Below, in pieces: positions 52,701 through 64,000 of a stretch of 64,000 nt of DNA. A program made the position numbers and the translations under genes. Origin of the DNA: Callorhinchus milii (lineage: Eukaryota). The stretch spans positions 86,678,001 through 86,742,000 of the forward strand of contig NW_024704742.1 in the NCBI RefSeq assembly GCF_018977255.1, read 5' to 3'. Positions within the stretch are counted from its first letter, which is position 1; each line of letters starts with the position of its first letter. The notes beneath the pieces were generated by a model, which saw only the letters and a program-made list of their open reading frames with translations, ran no database searches and had not been told where the DNA came from.

Positions 52701-54104
52701 AAGTGATTTTTTAAAAAGAAAGTAACTACCCACTTTAATACACCCACTATCAAAACTTTTTATACTGTCTAAAACAAATATATAGACAAAGAGGTGTCTG
52801 CGGAGCTGAAATGTCAACTTGACAGTCACCTGTCATAACATGTTTAAACGTTTAAAAGGCCTTTAACGAAGCACCATAAAAGAGACTCCCTCACTGTCAA
52901 TCCATATCAAGAGTAAGATAAAGGTGTTGTTTTTAAAATAACAGGACAAAGGGAAGGAAGCACAGGGTAGTTGTAAGAGCATCCTGTTCATGATTGGGGG
53001 GTGGGGAAGAAAAGGAATTGAGGAATTCCTCAGTAGTTCATTGCAACTCCACATTCAAAAAGGGACAAATCTCTTATTTCTTCATGAACTCAAATGTAAA
53101 TGAGTTGAAATATCATGATAATAAAGTGGTTTTACAACCCAGTAATCAGGTGTATCCATCAATGATTCCTGTGATCACAGGACCAAACCTAACGAACTCC
53201 AAAGGGAATTTAACCATCTGTAGCAACACTTAACCTTGAGCGTGCATTCTCATTTTCAATCAGATCTTTGACAAGCTTGATTTGTTGACACAGGATTAGA
53301 CATTTTTGATGGGAGAGTCTTCCCAACATGTACTGTTCTCCAAAGGAAGAATGTTTGCTAACATAATATTCATGTCTTCTTATTCTGCAATCACATTTAA
53401 AAAACCTGCTTCAATTTATATCATCTATTCCTTTCAGCCCTTTAAAGATATGGATTCCCTCCCTCCCATTCAGATAAAAGCCTCAAAATGTTCAGCAATG
53501 AAAATCCCTTCCCAATAACTTAAAATCAAAGCTTGGAATACAAATTTACATTTATATAACACCTTTCACAATGGGAAGACGTTTCAAAGTGTTTCATACT
53601 GATTGAGTTGGGGGAAGGGGGGAGGCAACCAAAATTGCAGTCAACAGAGGCAACCAGTGATTAGGACTAGAGGGGGTTCAGCCCCTCTCCAAATTTATCT
53701 ACAGCTCACCTCTTTAAGGGGAGCTGGGAAGGAAAGCCCTGAGCCTTGAGGAGGACCACAAGTTAGAGGGAAAGTTCCCTGAAAATTCACCTACCAATGC
53801 TGGGGCAGAGAGGGTGGGAGTCATGAAGCAGACTAGCATTTGCTGAGCAAAGGGAGCAACCGTGGCAGTAGGGTTGCAGGGGGTCATAGAGATAGACTGG
53901 GGCAAGACCATGAAGGGATTTTAAAGTGAGGATTTTAAATTTGATCCAATTGGAAGCCTGTGTAGTGAGCAAAGATGAGGGTAATCGGCTCTTGGAGAGC
54001 ACACAGGCTACAGAGTTTACTCTATTGTATCCAGCACCCATAGTCTTTTGTGACCATTGCGTTAACAAATACAAAATCCTGAATCTATAGCTCAAATCTA
54101 TATT

Positions 54105-54345
54105 ATCTATGCAGTTTAGCCGGTTAGACACCTGCAGTACCCCAAAGCACACTCTGAGGTCTCCAAGCCTTGGCTCTTGCCAACCTGTGCCTAATACTTT
54201 CCGAATTAGGTAAGCCAGATGCATCCCTCCAGGGAGCGCATTCCATATGTGGATGGGATGCATGGAATTCTCAGTTTGGTTTGGATACTCTTAAGCATAG
54301 TGATGGGTTTCCGCCTGGGTCAGATTCTCGGATGACCAAAAAAAA
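54105..54345. repeat. One arm of the fold-back repeat family
   Basis: Same core, ending ggatgacc followed by an A-run. Confidence 0.75.
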
Positions 54346-54727
54346 GCAATTTAAAGATATGGATCCTATCTCCCTTTGTATTTTCGAAGAGTCTTGCAAC
54401 AAAAACTGTTAATGCTATGTCAACTAACACCTCTACAAGACAGCCTCTCAAATAATCCACTGTAGTACACAGTCCATCAGGCCCTTTACAATAAGTCCAT
54501 GATGATGGATCTGCTGGTCGGATGGACGTATGCTCAGTTATATGTCTACTCATGAACACACACAACTGCTACAATATTGTTTCCATGTGCAAGTTGTTTG
54601 TCCTTGGTTAGTAAGTCCTGGATTCTTTCCCACCATCTACGTTTGCCTTCTTCAACGTGACCTTTTTCAATTGAATTGCATGGTAAGGGCAAGGAATATC
54701 TGGTTAATTGTGTTTAGCATCCTTCAT

Positions 54728-55600
54728 TAATAATAATCCATGCATTTAATATAGCGCCTTATCGTGTCTTCGATATATATTCTGTGAAGCTCGAAGCACT
54801 TCACAGAATATACTGTAAAGTGAATTGATTGTTTATTTTGTGGGCGAAATGTGGCAGCCAATTGCGTACAGCAGTGTCCCACAAACACGTGGATTGAGTG
54901 ACCACATTTTTTTAAGGGATTATTCCCACAGAAAAACGATCCACCAATTGACTAACACCGGGTTCCTACTTACAACAACAATAAAATTACACTTGTAAAG
55001 CGCTTTTTATGTCGGGAAGATGCAAGGGAGCGATCAAGGCGAACAGGATCGTGGGATGGAGTTCCAAAGGGTGGGGGCAGAGAGGCTGAAAGCCAAGCTG
55101 TCAATGGTAGGGCGGGAGACATAGAGTGAGTTAGAACCTGCTGAATGGAGGGAGCAGACAGGTTGAGCAAGTCAGAGAGATAGGAGGGGGCAAGGCCTTG
55201 GAGGTGCTTGAAAGTGAGGACGAGGATTTTGAATTCTATTCTCTGAAGGATGGGGAGCCAGCGGAGCCAGGCGAGGGTTGGGGTGATGGGGTCACGGAGC
55301 CTGGTGCGGGAGAGGACATGAGGGGTAACGCAGTGGCGGAGTAGGGCAATGTTGCGGAGGTGGGGGGAAAGCAGATCGGGTCATGGCATGGATATGGGGG
55401 AGAAAGGACAGTTGAGTGTCAAACAAGACGCCCAGGTTCCTGACTAGCTTGATGAGCTGGAGTGTGCATCTGTGGATGCTGCCAGTGCCTGATTTGCGGA
55501 GGCGCTGGCGCGAGACAATCTGTTCACTTAGTAAACAGAGGCATGTGGAGTAAGGAGACTTGGCCAAAACTTCGCCCTGCGTGGGAATCGATCCCTGGTC
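54728..55600 (-). mobile_element. tRNA-headed SINE split by an L2 fragment (~54974-55513)
   Basis: SINE stops at gggttcctacttac and resumes at gtaaacagaggc; the insert encodes VRNLGVLFDTQLSF. Confidence 0.8.
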
Positions 55601-57384
55601 CCAGGTCCTAAAGACCAAATAGCACGTGTAGCTCAAGCTTACTTAACATGGACAATACTGTTCTTATTGGAGTTAGATCTGCCTCCAATAATTTACTTAA
55701 TTGTTGTTTGAGAGAATAAGCATTGTATTATATCATTAAATTTCATACAGAATTCAGAGCAGTGGGATTGTCATAGGTGTTTGATTCCTACTTATAAATG
55801 TGAAATAACATTATCCCACACAGGTTGATTCAAGACCTCATGTTATACAGTATGTTGCCTCCCTATAATTAGAGGACCAAAAAGCATGCACAAAGGGAGG
55901 ATTATGCACACCAGATTTAGAGTTAACATTCATTCAGCAGCAAAATTGTACTCAAAAGAGGTTTTAAATATAGTTTTGGCTAGTAGCCTGTTCATCTCCA
56001 AGGAGACCCTTTATACCTAAACCCCTCCCTGAATTTCATCATTCCCTAAGGAAGTTTTTAAGAGAGGGCTCTGCGAGACTCACACTGATGCTTGCTTTAC
56101 AGAAGCCTAAAGAGGGAGGAAGTCAATCATCTAAATTTAGGTTCAATCCAGGTCTACAATAGGTGGAGCTGGCACTTCAGTTAACACAGTGAACTGACAA
56201 GAGTATTAATCAGGAACGGTGTTGATGTAAATTTAGAATCCATTGAATCTGCTACAAAATGGTGCGTTTTTCAACCCTCACTAACTTAGCTGTAGAACCG
56301 AGCTGGTTGTTCCTCTGTGCACTCTCTGGCCATTTTGCTCTGTGACCTTTGCCGACATTCTAAAATTGCAACTGGCCTATGTGTAAATCTCTCCAATTAG
56401 ACAGTGTTCGATATTAGCAACTGGAAGTAGCAAATAACGGTGCAGGTTATCATGGCAACATACACTATTTGGTTGCCAGTGCAAGTTCCAAGGGTTTTTC
56501 TCTCAACCCTAGCGAGAGAGAACGTGCCCCTCCCTCCTCACCACTGTGTGAAGAGCATAGCGATCATTCACAACATGTTTCACTGGTACAATAAACTCTG
56601 GATAACTCGATCCTGGCTTAGCTAGTTACCACTTAAGTCAGCATCCCGGCTACTTCCCCTTTACTTGTCAGTCGCTTAACACGTAATTGGTCACATTCTA
56701 GAAATTCTTGTATTTACAATGTAAAATTGATCGGATAACTCGTCCTATAAGGTGGCGTCTTGAATAACAGAGGCCTCCCACCTTATCCTGTAACTGGTGA
56801 GGGGGAGGTTGGGTGCACGTGCTCAGCTGCATTGCAAAAGCCTTTGGTCTATTGGAAGGCTGTGTTGTGGCCTCCCGCCCCACCTCCCACCTTACTCTGG
56901 CACAGAATAGGGTGGGAGGCCAAGGCATGGCCCTCCAATAATCCAGTATCACCTGCAAAGCACCTCAGCATGTGTGCCCAACCTTCCCTGCACCAATCAC
57001 AGCACCTTCTTTTGGACCAGGAGAACCTATGCCTAACTCGCCAGTCTGGATAACTAGTTGCTTTGCCCTTGGAGTGATGAGTTAACAGGAGTTTACTGTA
57101 TAATCTGAAATTCCACACTCTTATCATCATTTTATGCAATTCCAGTCAAATTGTCATTTTTTACTTTCGCTGTCAATGTCTGTTACTTTCTTCTTTGTGT
57201 GAGAAAATCTCCATAAGAATGTTGATGTCATATCACAGGAAGGAAGATTGTAAGAGTGATTTATTGAAAGTGCTGTCAAGTACATAATATGATAGGGAGG
57301 AAGCATTACACTGATGCTTGATAGCATGTTCTCTCATCAAGATCCTTTACCTTGAATATGTTGCAGAACAATGTCATTTATAAT

Positions 57385-57670
57385 GTCCCGTAGCTCAGTG
57401 CACTTGCCTTGTGAGCAAGAGACCTGGGTTCGATTCCTGGCAGAGCAAAACCTTGGACAAGTTTCCTTACTCCACACTCCTGACAATAATCCCTCAAGAA
57501 AAATAAATAAAATTGGTCACTGCAATGCAATACCGTTTGTGGGACACTGCTGTGTGCAATTGGCTGCCGCAAATATACAGTCGATTTACTTTATAGCGTA
57601 TTCTGTGAAGGGCTTTGAGATGTCTAGAAGCCTGAAAAGCACTATATCAAATGCAAAAATTATTATTATT
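57385..57670 (+). mobile_element. tRNA-headed SINE (short variant)
   Basis: Head with B-box ggttcgattcc, core and tail. Confidence 0.85.
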
Positions 57671-57739
57671 TAATGGTCTGCATCAATCTTTCTGTCAATA
57701 AGAGACCAAGGATCAATACAAAAACAAAGGAGAAAACAA

Positions 57740-58460
57740 TCAACAACAACAAGATTACATTTGTATAGCGCCTTTCAGGTCGGGGGACATCCCAAGGCGC
57801 TGGACAGAGTACAGCATTTCGGACCCGAGCTGGTGTCGGGGGGGGGGGCGGAGAAGGGAGGGGAGGAGAAGGGGGGTGGCCGATGGCATGGTCGAAGAGG
57901 AAGGTCTTGAGGCAGGACTTGAAGGAGGCTAAGGAGGGGGTGAGGCAGAGTGACTGGGGGATGGAATTCCAGAGGTTGGGGGCAGAGTGGCTGAAGGCTC
58001 TCCCGTCAATGGTGGGGCGGGTGGGTCTGGGGATGTGGAGCAGGCCAGTGCCGGCTGAGCGGAGGGAGCGGGCGGGTTGGTAGGGGAGGTCGCAGAGGTA
58101 GGGTGGGTCGAGGCTATAGAGGGCTTTGTGGGTGAGGACCAGGATCTTGAACTGGATCCTCTGAAGGATAGGGAGCCAATGGAGTCGGGTGAGAATGGGG
58201 GAGATGGGGTCATGGAGTTTGATGCGGGAGAGGACACGAGCTGCAGAGTTCTGGATTATCTGCAGCCTGTGGAGGGAGGAGTTGGGAAGGCCGACAAACA
58301 GGGCGTTTACATAGTTGATCCTCGAGGTGATGAAGGCATCAACAAGAGTTTCAGCGGCCTGAGGGGTGAGGTAGTGGCGGAGTCGGGCGATGTTATGGAT
58401 GTGAGGGAAGGCAGAGTGGGTCATGGCTTGGATGTGGGGAAGAAAAGACAGTTGAGGGTA
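57740..58460 (-). mobile_element. Relatively intact L2 LINE 3' end
   Basis: ORF 57666-58424 gives ~190 aa of L2 ORF2 C-terminus without stops. Confidence 0.92.
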
Positions 58461-59479
58461 TAGGACAGGGGATGATGGGTTAACGAGGTGTTAATGATGC
58501 AAAACAAAGTGGGGGGTTTGAAACAAAGCAGGGAAAACAGGTGTTAATAATGCAAAATAAAGTGTGTGTGGAGGGGGCGGAAATTGCAACAAAACAGGCA
58601 GACCAGAGAGAGAAAAGGTGTGTTTGGGACCCAGATGATGTGGTAATGGGCATAGAAGAATGGGAGAGAGAAGGTGAGCTGTTATGGTCTGAAATTATTG
58701 AAATCAATATTGAGGCCGGAGGCTGTAAGGGACCTCACAATATTAGCTACAAATCTTTAGGAGCTTCATAAACAGTGGACTGGAGCTCAGAATTGGAAGA
58801 TATTCTAAAACAAAAGAGTTAGACATGAAACTGGAAGCTACGGGTCAGTTAGCCTAACCTTTTTAGTGAACACTGTACAAGAAGTTATCAATGCTCCTAA
58901 TTCGCTCTGTTATAACGTGGATTTGCTTATAAAGCTATCTCTTATATGAGCATTGATAACTTCCTGTATAGAGTTTACTAAAAAATGTTAGGCTAACTGA
59001 TCAGTAACTGTTTTGAGGAGAAACATCAAGGCAGCAAAAGAATAATAATCCTCACATTCGATATTGCTTCTTTCACATCAGAAGGACTTCTTGAAGCTCT
59101 TCACAGGAGTTTACCATAAAATCTAGAGCCTGTATCTTGTTGGTCAAATGAGGAGAGAATCATAAAAATAATCTTTGTGTTTGATGCAGCAACTTATCAC
59201 GTTGTGAAAACATCTCAAAGTTCTTCACATGATTTACTGGGAAGTGCAGTGACCGTGTATTTGTAGGTAAAGACGGCAGCCATTTTGGGTACAGGAGTGT
59301 CCCACAAACAGCCATGACGTGAATGACAACTTTATTCAGGGGATTGTTGGTCAGAAAATTGCAAGAAATCATGAGAAGAGGATAAAGAGGGAGAACAGAG
59401 AGAATTTTTCCTCCCATTTGCAGGTAATTTATTTTTCTCCTCTGTTTCCACTCCTGTACCAAGCACCTTTTTTGTTATT

Positions 59480-59972
59480 TTTTTTCGGTCAGCCGGGTGT
59501 CTAACACATATGGAAACCCATCACCATGCTTAAGAGTATCCAAAACAAGCTGCGAATTCCATGCATCTCACCTACACATGGAAATCCCAGAGATAGATTG
59601 TTGGAATGGAATGCGCACTCTCTCCCTGGAGGACGCATCCTGCTTTCCTAATTCTGGAAAGTACTAGGTTCAGGTTGGCAAGAGTCAAGGTTTGGGGACC
59701 CCAGAGTGTGCGTTGGGGTAAATGCTGGAGTCTAACCAGATAAAACCGCATAGCTTGCCATTGATATTGCTGTCTGGCAAGTTTTCCCGCTGTTTGTCCA
59801 ACTAGGACCAACCTATCCATTAGAACAGTGGCCTGCAGGATTAACAGGAGCTAAGTGGGACAATTCCCTGTCCCCAGTGACTGGTCTGTCATTCCAGGTC
59901 CTGCTGATGAACGAGGCTGGTTGTGCTATCATCAGCAGTGCACTGGAATACTGGGAAGCTGCCTGGCTCAGG
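59480..59972. repeat. One arm of the fold-back repeat family (opposite orientation)
   Basis: T-run followed by cggtcagccgggtgtc terminus. Confidence 0.8.
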
Positions 59973-60989
59973 TACTTTCTTTGGGAGAAGACTGAGCTGA
60001 AGATCAGTTCCAGGCCTCCCCCAAGGCCTGCTTAGCCAATGTTGCGAATGATTCTTGAGCAAGACACTGCTTAGAATTATGGCTCACAAGCAAACCTTAG
60101 TGAGTAACACTGAATTGGACTATCTATATCAGGCCCTTACTAAATTTAGACTCCCTAACATTTTTTAGATAACTTCAACCAAGTCAAAACTCACATGAAT
60201 TTTGTGCCTCAGAAAGAACCCACCTTATTGTACTTATTGTATACCCTTTCAGTGACTGTTTTTAATACCTAATGGTGCTTGATGTATTAGAAATCCTTTT
60301 TTTTTAAAAACGTGAAATGTTTGGAAGTAAAGAATGACAACACAATATCTGGATACAATATTTTATTTATTTTGTTTGAAAGAAAACAGTGCTGGTATGT
60401 AAAAAAAAACACAAAATACTGTTTGTTGATGCAGGTATGTAAATGGCTGAAAAATTGTATCTGAAACATAACCATGTACATTTTACCTCTGCAAACAGCA
60501 GTCTTGACAACAGTGACAAGATTCTGAAGCTGTTGCTTCAACAAACACTTACATCACATCTTTCTCATAGGATTAAATCATGAAATACTTTGTAACAATG
60601 CTGCAGTTGATTTTCAGTTCTTCAAGATGATACGTTACAGTTGGCTCTTATACCAAGAAAAAATTCCTATATTACTCCCTCGCTGTGTAACTCAAAATAA
60701 CTCCTATTACCTGTAACACACTCTGAATGCAATTTCTTCTATGTTGATATGTTTCTGCAGAAACATTTCTTTTTTAAAGAAAAGTTAGGCACTGATAGCA
60801 AATAGTATATCATGTCTCACAGTATAAATATTGTATTATCGTATTAATACACGCTTGCATACCCTTTCAGTGACTGTTTCTGAGCCTGATCCATCCTGAA
60901 TGGAAGGCTGAATGGAAGATTCTGTGAGTGTCCTGCATGTGTGGAGGAAAGAACCAAATCAATGCAAGAGAGGATCAAATGTTACCTAC

Positions 60990-61046
60990 CAAAAGCAACA
61001 TCGGCCTTTTCCATGTTGTTAAGCCTAGGATTCCTGAAAGGATCAC
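60990..61046 (-). CDS. ENTREP1: ENTREP1 coding exon (most 5' exon found in the window)
   Basis: ctgcag|GTG..TTG|gtaggt; VILSGILGLTTWKRPMLLL, in frame with the exon starting at 49609. Confidence 0.92.
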
Positions 61047-62499
61047 CTGCAGAGAAGAAACATGGCACATCAATCCACCACTCAGTCCCTGACTACATCA
61101 TGAGGCAACTTCAACAAAAAAACAAAATCAGATTGTACCAGGTTTCCATAAGGGAATCTGACTAAAAGCTCCCACAATCACTCAGTTTGTAAAGCCACTT
61201 TGTAAAGTGAAAAGTAATGTGAACTCAACAGTCTTTATCCAGAGGGTAATTAACGACTGGAACAAGTTACCAGGAAGGGTGTTTGATGTCACGACCCTGG
61301 ACTCATTTGAAAAGCAGCTTGATGTTGTGATGGGAGGGCAATGCAGTTTGGTATTCTGGAGGGTTGAGTTCAGATGTACCAAAGGGTATTCTTCATCTGA
61401 ACCAATCTTGTAACCTAAAAGCCACATGTTTGATCCCCAGTCTGAGTTAGTTGGCTGATCCCTGGGTAGGGAGAGGGATATCAATCAGCGTTTCTGCTTC
61501 TGGTAACTATTCACAGATGTCTACTGAAAAATGGATGGGTTTAGCATAAGATTAGGATCGGTACTCTCAATTGTCAAATAATTGACAGAGATTTGAAGAA
61601 CAGCCTCTTGGGTGAGATAGTGCAGATTACTGCTGGGACACTGCTGTGCGCAATTGGCTGCTGAGTTTCGCCCACAAAATATACAGTCACTACACTTTAC
61701 AGTATATTCTTCAAAGCGCTTTGAGACTTCTCGAAGATGTGTAAGGCATTATATCAAATGCAAGCATTAGTAGTATTACGCCCACCTCCTAAACAAAGAA
61801 AACTGAAGGTTAATGTTATGTGTTGCAGAACCGATTTCACATACTGCCATCTAATCTCATTAAACAGGCTGTTTACAATGTATAAAAAACATTTTCAAAA
61901 TGTCTTTGAAGTTCATTTAAAAAGAAACACATTAGACTTTTAGGAAATTCCCCAGATCACAATCAGACATCTATTTATAATGCAGCATCTCCCTAGTCAC
62001 GCACAATCACTGCACATGTTTTGTCCTTAAAATAACCATTCTTAGTTTACCTCCTGTTCAATCAATGCCATGTAATACAAACACACCTCAAATAGCTGAG
62101 GAAGTTACACACAAGCTAGAAGACAAACACGGTAGGTAATGTTTACAAAAAGCAGGAAGAAATGTCCATTAGCACTCAACAGATACAATAGCAGGCAGCA
62201 GGCAAGACTTGCAGCGCTGTGTCTCGGCAACAACAAATAGCATTTATATAGAGCGTTTCACATTGGTTCATGTCTCGAAATGCCTTGCAGTGGCGGTGCT
62301 AGACGCCAAATAGGGAGGATGGGGGAGGAGGGAGGTGACTGCAGACACAGTCAGGGAGACAGGTTTTTAGCAGTCTTCTAAACAAAAAACTTGCATTTAA
62401 TATATTGTAATGCTTTCCATGTCAGGAAGATGTCTCAAAGCGCTTCACAGGATTTACTGCAAATTGCCAGCCAATTTGTGCACAGCAATATTCCACAAA

Positions 62500-63250
62500 C
62501 AACAACAACAAGATGACATTTGTATAGCGCCTTTCACGTCGGGAGGACGTCCCAAGGCGCTGGACAGTGTACAGCATTTCAGACCTGAGCTGGAGTCAGG
62601 GGGGGGAGAAGGGAGGGGAGGAGAAGGGGGGAGGCCATGGAGGGCTTTGTAGGTGAGGACCAGGATCTTGAACTGGATCCTCTAAAGGATAGGGAGCCAG
62701 TGGAAGAGATGGGGTCACAGAGGTTGGTGTGGGAGAGGACACGGGCTACAGAGTTCTGGAGGGAGGAGTTGGGAGGCCGACAAGCAGAGCATTTACATAG
62801 TCGAGCCTGGAGGTGATGAAGGCATGAACAAGAGTTTCAGTGGCCTGAGGGGTGAGGTAGTGGCGGAGTCGGGCGATGTTACGGAGGTGAGGAAAGGCAG
62901 AGCTGGTCGTGGCTTGGATGTGGGGAAGAAAAGACAGTTGAGGGTCGAACAAGACACCTGGGGTCCTGACTAGGTTGGTGAGTTGAAGTGTGCAACCATG
63001 GAGGTTGATGCTGCCAGAGCCTGAGGTGCAGAGGCGCTGGTGTGAGCCAATCAGGAGGGCCTTAGTCTTGTTCACATTCAACTGTAGGAAATTTGCCCTC
63101 ATCCAGGACTTGATGTCCGACAGACAGTCTGTCAGGACAGCAGTGGTCCTGGAGTTGAGGGTGGAGGCAGAAAGATAGAGTTGGGTGTCATCCGCATACA
63201 TGTGGAAGTTGACCCCATGTCTGCAGATGATGTCACCAAGGGGGAGCATT
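62500..63250 (-). mobile_element. L2 LINE fragment with RT core and internal deletions
   Basis: HGVNFHMYADDTQLYLS...FLQLNVNKT. Confidence 0.92.
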
Positions 63251-63484
63251 TAGATATTAAAGAGATATCAAACAACCATGAAATGTTGCCCTGGACACTG
63301 TGATAAAAACTCTCTTCTCTTTTCAAATAGTGCCATGAGATCTTTAATGTCCACCTGAACAGGCAGACTGGACCTCAGTTTAACATCTCATCCAAAGAAC
63401 GTCACCTCCAACAATTCAACACTCGCAGTACTGCTGCTGAAGCGTCAGTCTACAAAATGTGATATATCCCATATTTATAATCCC

Positions 63485-64000
63485 CAAACAGAAAACAGAG
63501 AGCATGGTAAAGGGTAGCTACTCAGACTGGCAGGGTGTGGGCAGTGGTGTTCCACAAGGATCAGTATTGGGACCATTGTTGTTCACAATATACATTAATG
63601 ATTTAATTTATATTGTCAGCAGTGCAATTTCAAAATTTGCAGATGACACCAAATTGGGGGGAGCAGTTAATACAGAGGAGGACTGCAACAAATTACAGCA
63701 AGACATTAGTAAACTTACTGAATGGGCATTTAAATGGCAAATGCATTTCACTGTAGAAAAGTGTGAGGTGATACATTTTGGTAGAAAGAATAAGGAAGTC
63801 ACATACATCCTGGAAAATAAAAACCTAAATGGGGTAGAGGAGCAAAGGGACCTATGGGTATACATACATAATTCACTAAAAGTAGCAATGCAGGTTAATA
63901 AGGCCATAAAAGAGGCAAACCAGGCATTGAGGTTCATTTCTAGAGGGATAGAAATGTAAAGCAGGGAAGTTATGGTAAACTTCTATAGAACCTCGGTTAG
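63485..64000 (+). mobile_element. CR1 LINE RT fragment (runs off the window)
   Basis: SGVPQGSVLGPLLFTIYINDL..ISKFADDTKLGG..LGFISRG-like. Confidence 0.92.

Noticed and set aside
57666..58424. 252-aa ORF as a host gene or active reverse transcriptase
   Set aside because: 5'-truncated L2 ORF2 end with no endonuclease or RT core

Overview
This is vertebrate genomic DNA, most likely from a cartilaginous fish. That assignment is inferred from the L2/CR1 LINE and tRNA/Deu-type SINE landscape and is not confirmed. The window holds the last two coding exons and long 3'UTR of APBA1 (+ strand), facing tail-to-tail ten coding exons of ENTREP1/FAM189A2 (- strand, 466 codons reconstructed in frame, 5' end outside the window). 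The main surprise is a complete, intronless betaB1-like crystallin gene (44203-44847, -) nested on the same strand inside an ENTREP1 intron, with its own TATA box, candidate lens-type promoter motifs and poly(A) signal. The rest is dense in decayed L2 and CR1 fragments, SINEs and MITEs. It also contains a ~1.1-kb palindromic fold-back repeat family, several hairpins, and two unique segments bracketed by long direct repeats. Repeat boundaries are approximate and all homology calls were made by eye, not by database search.
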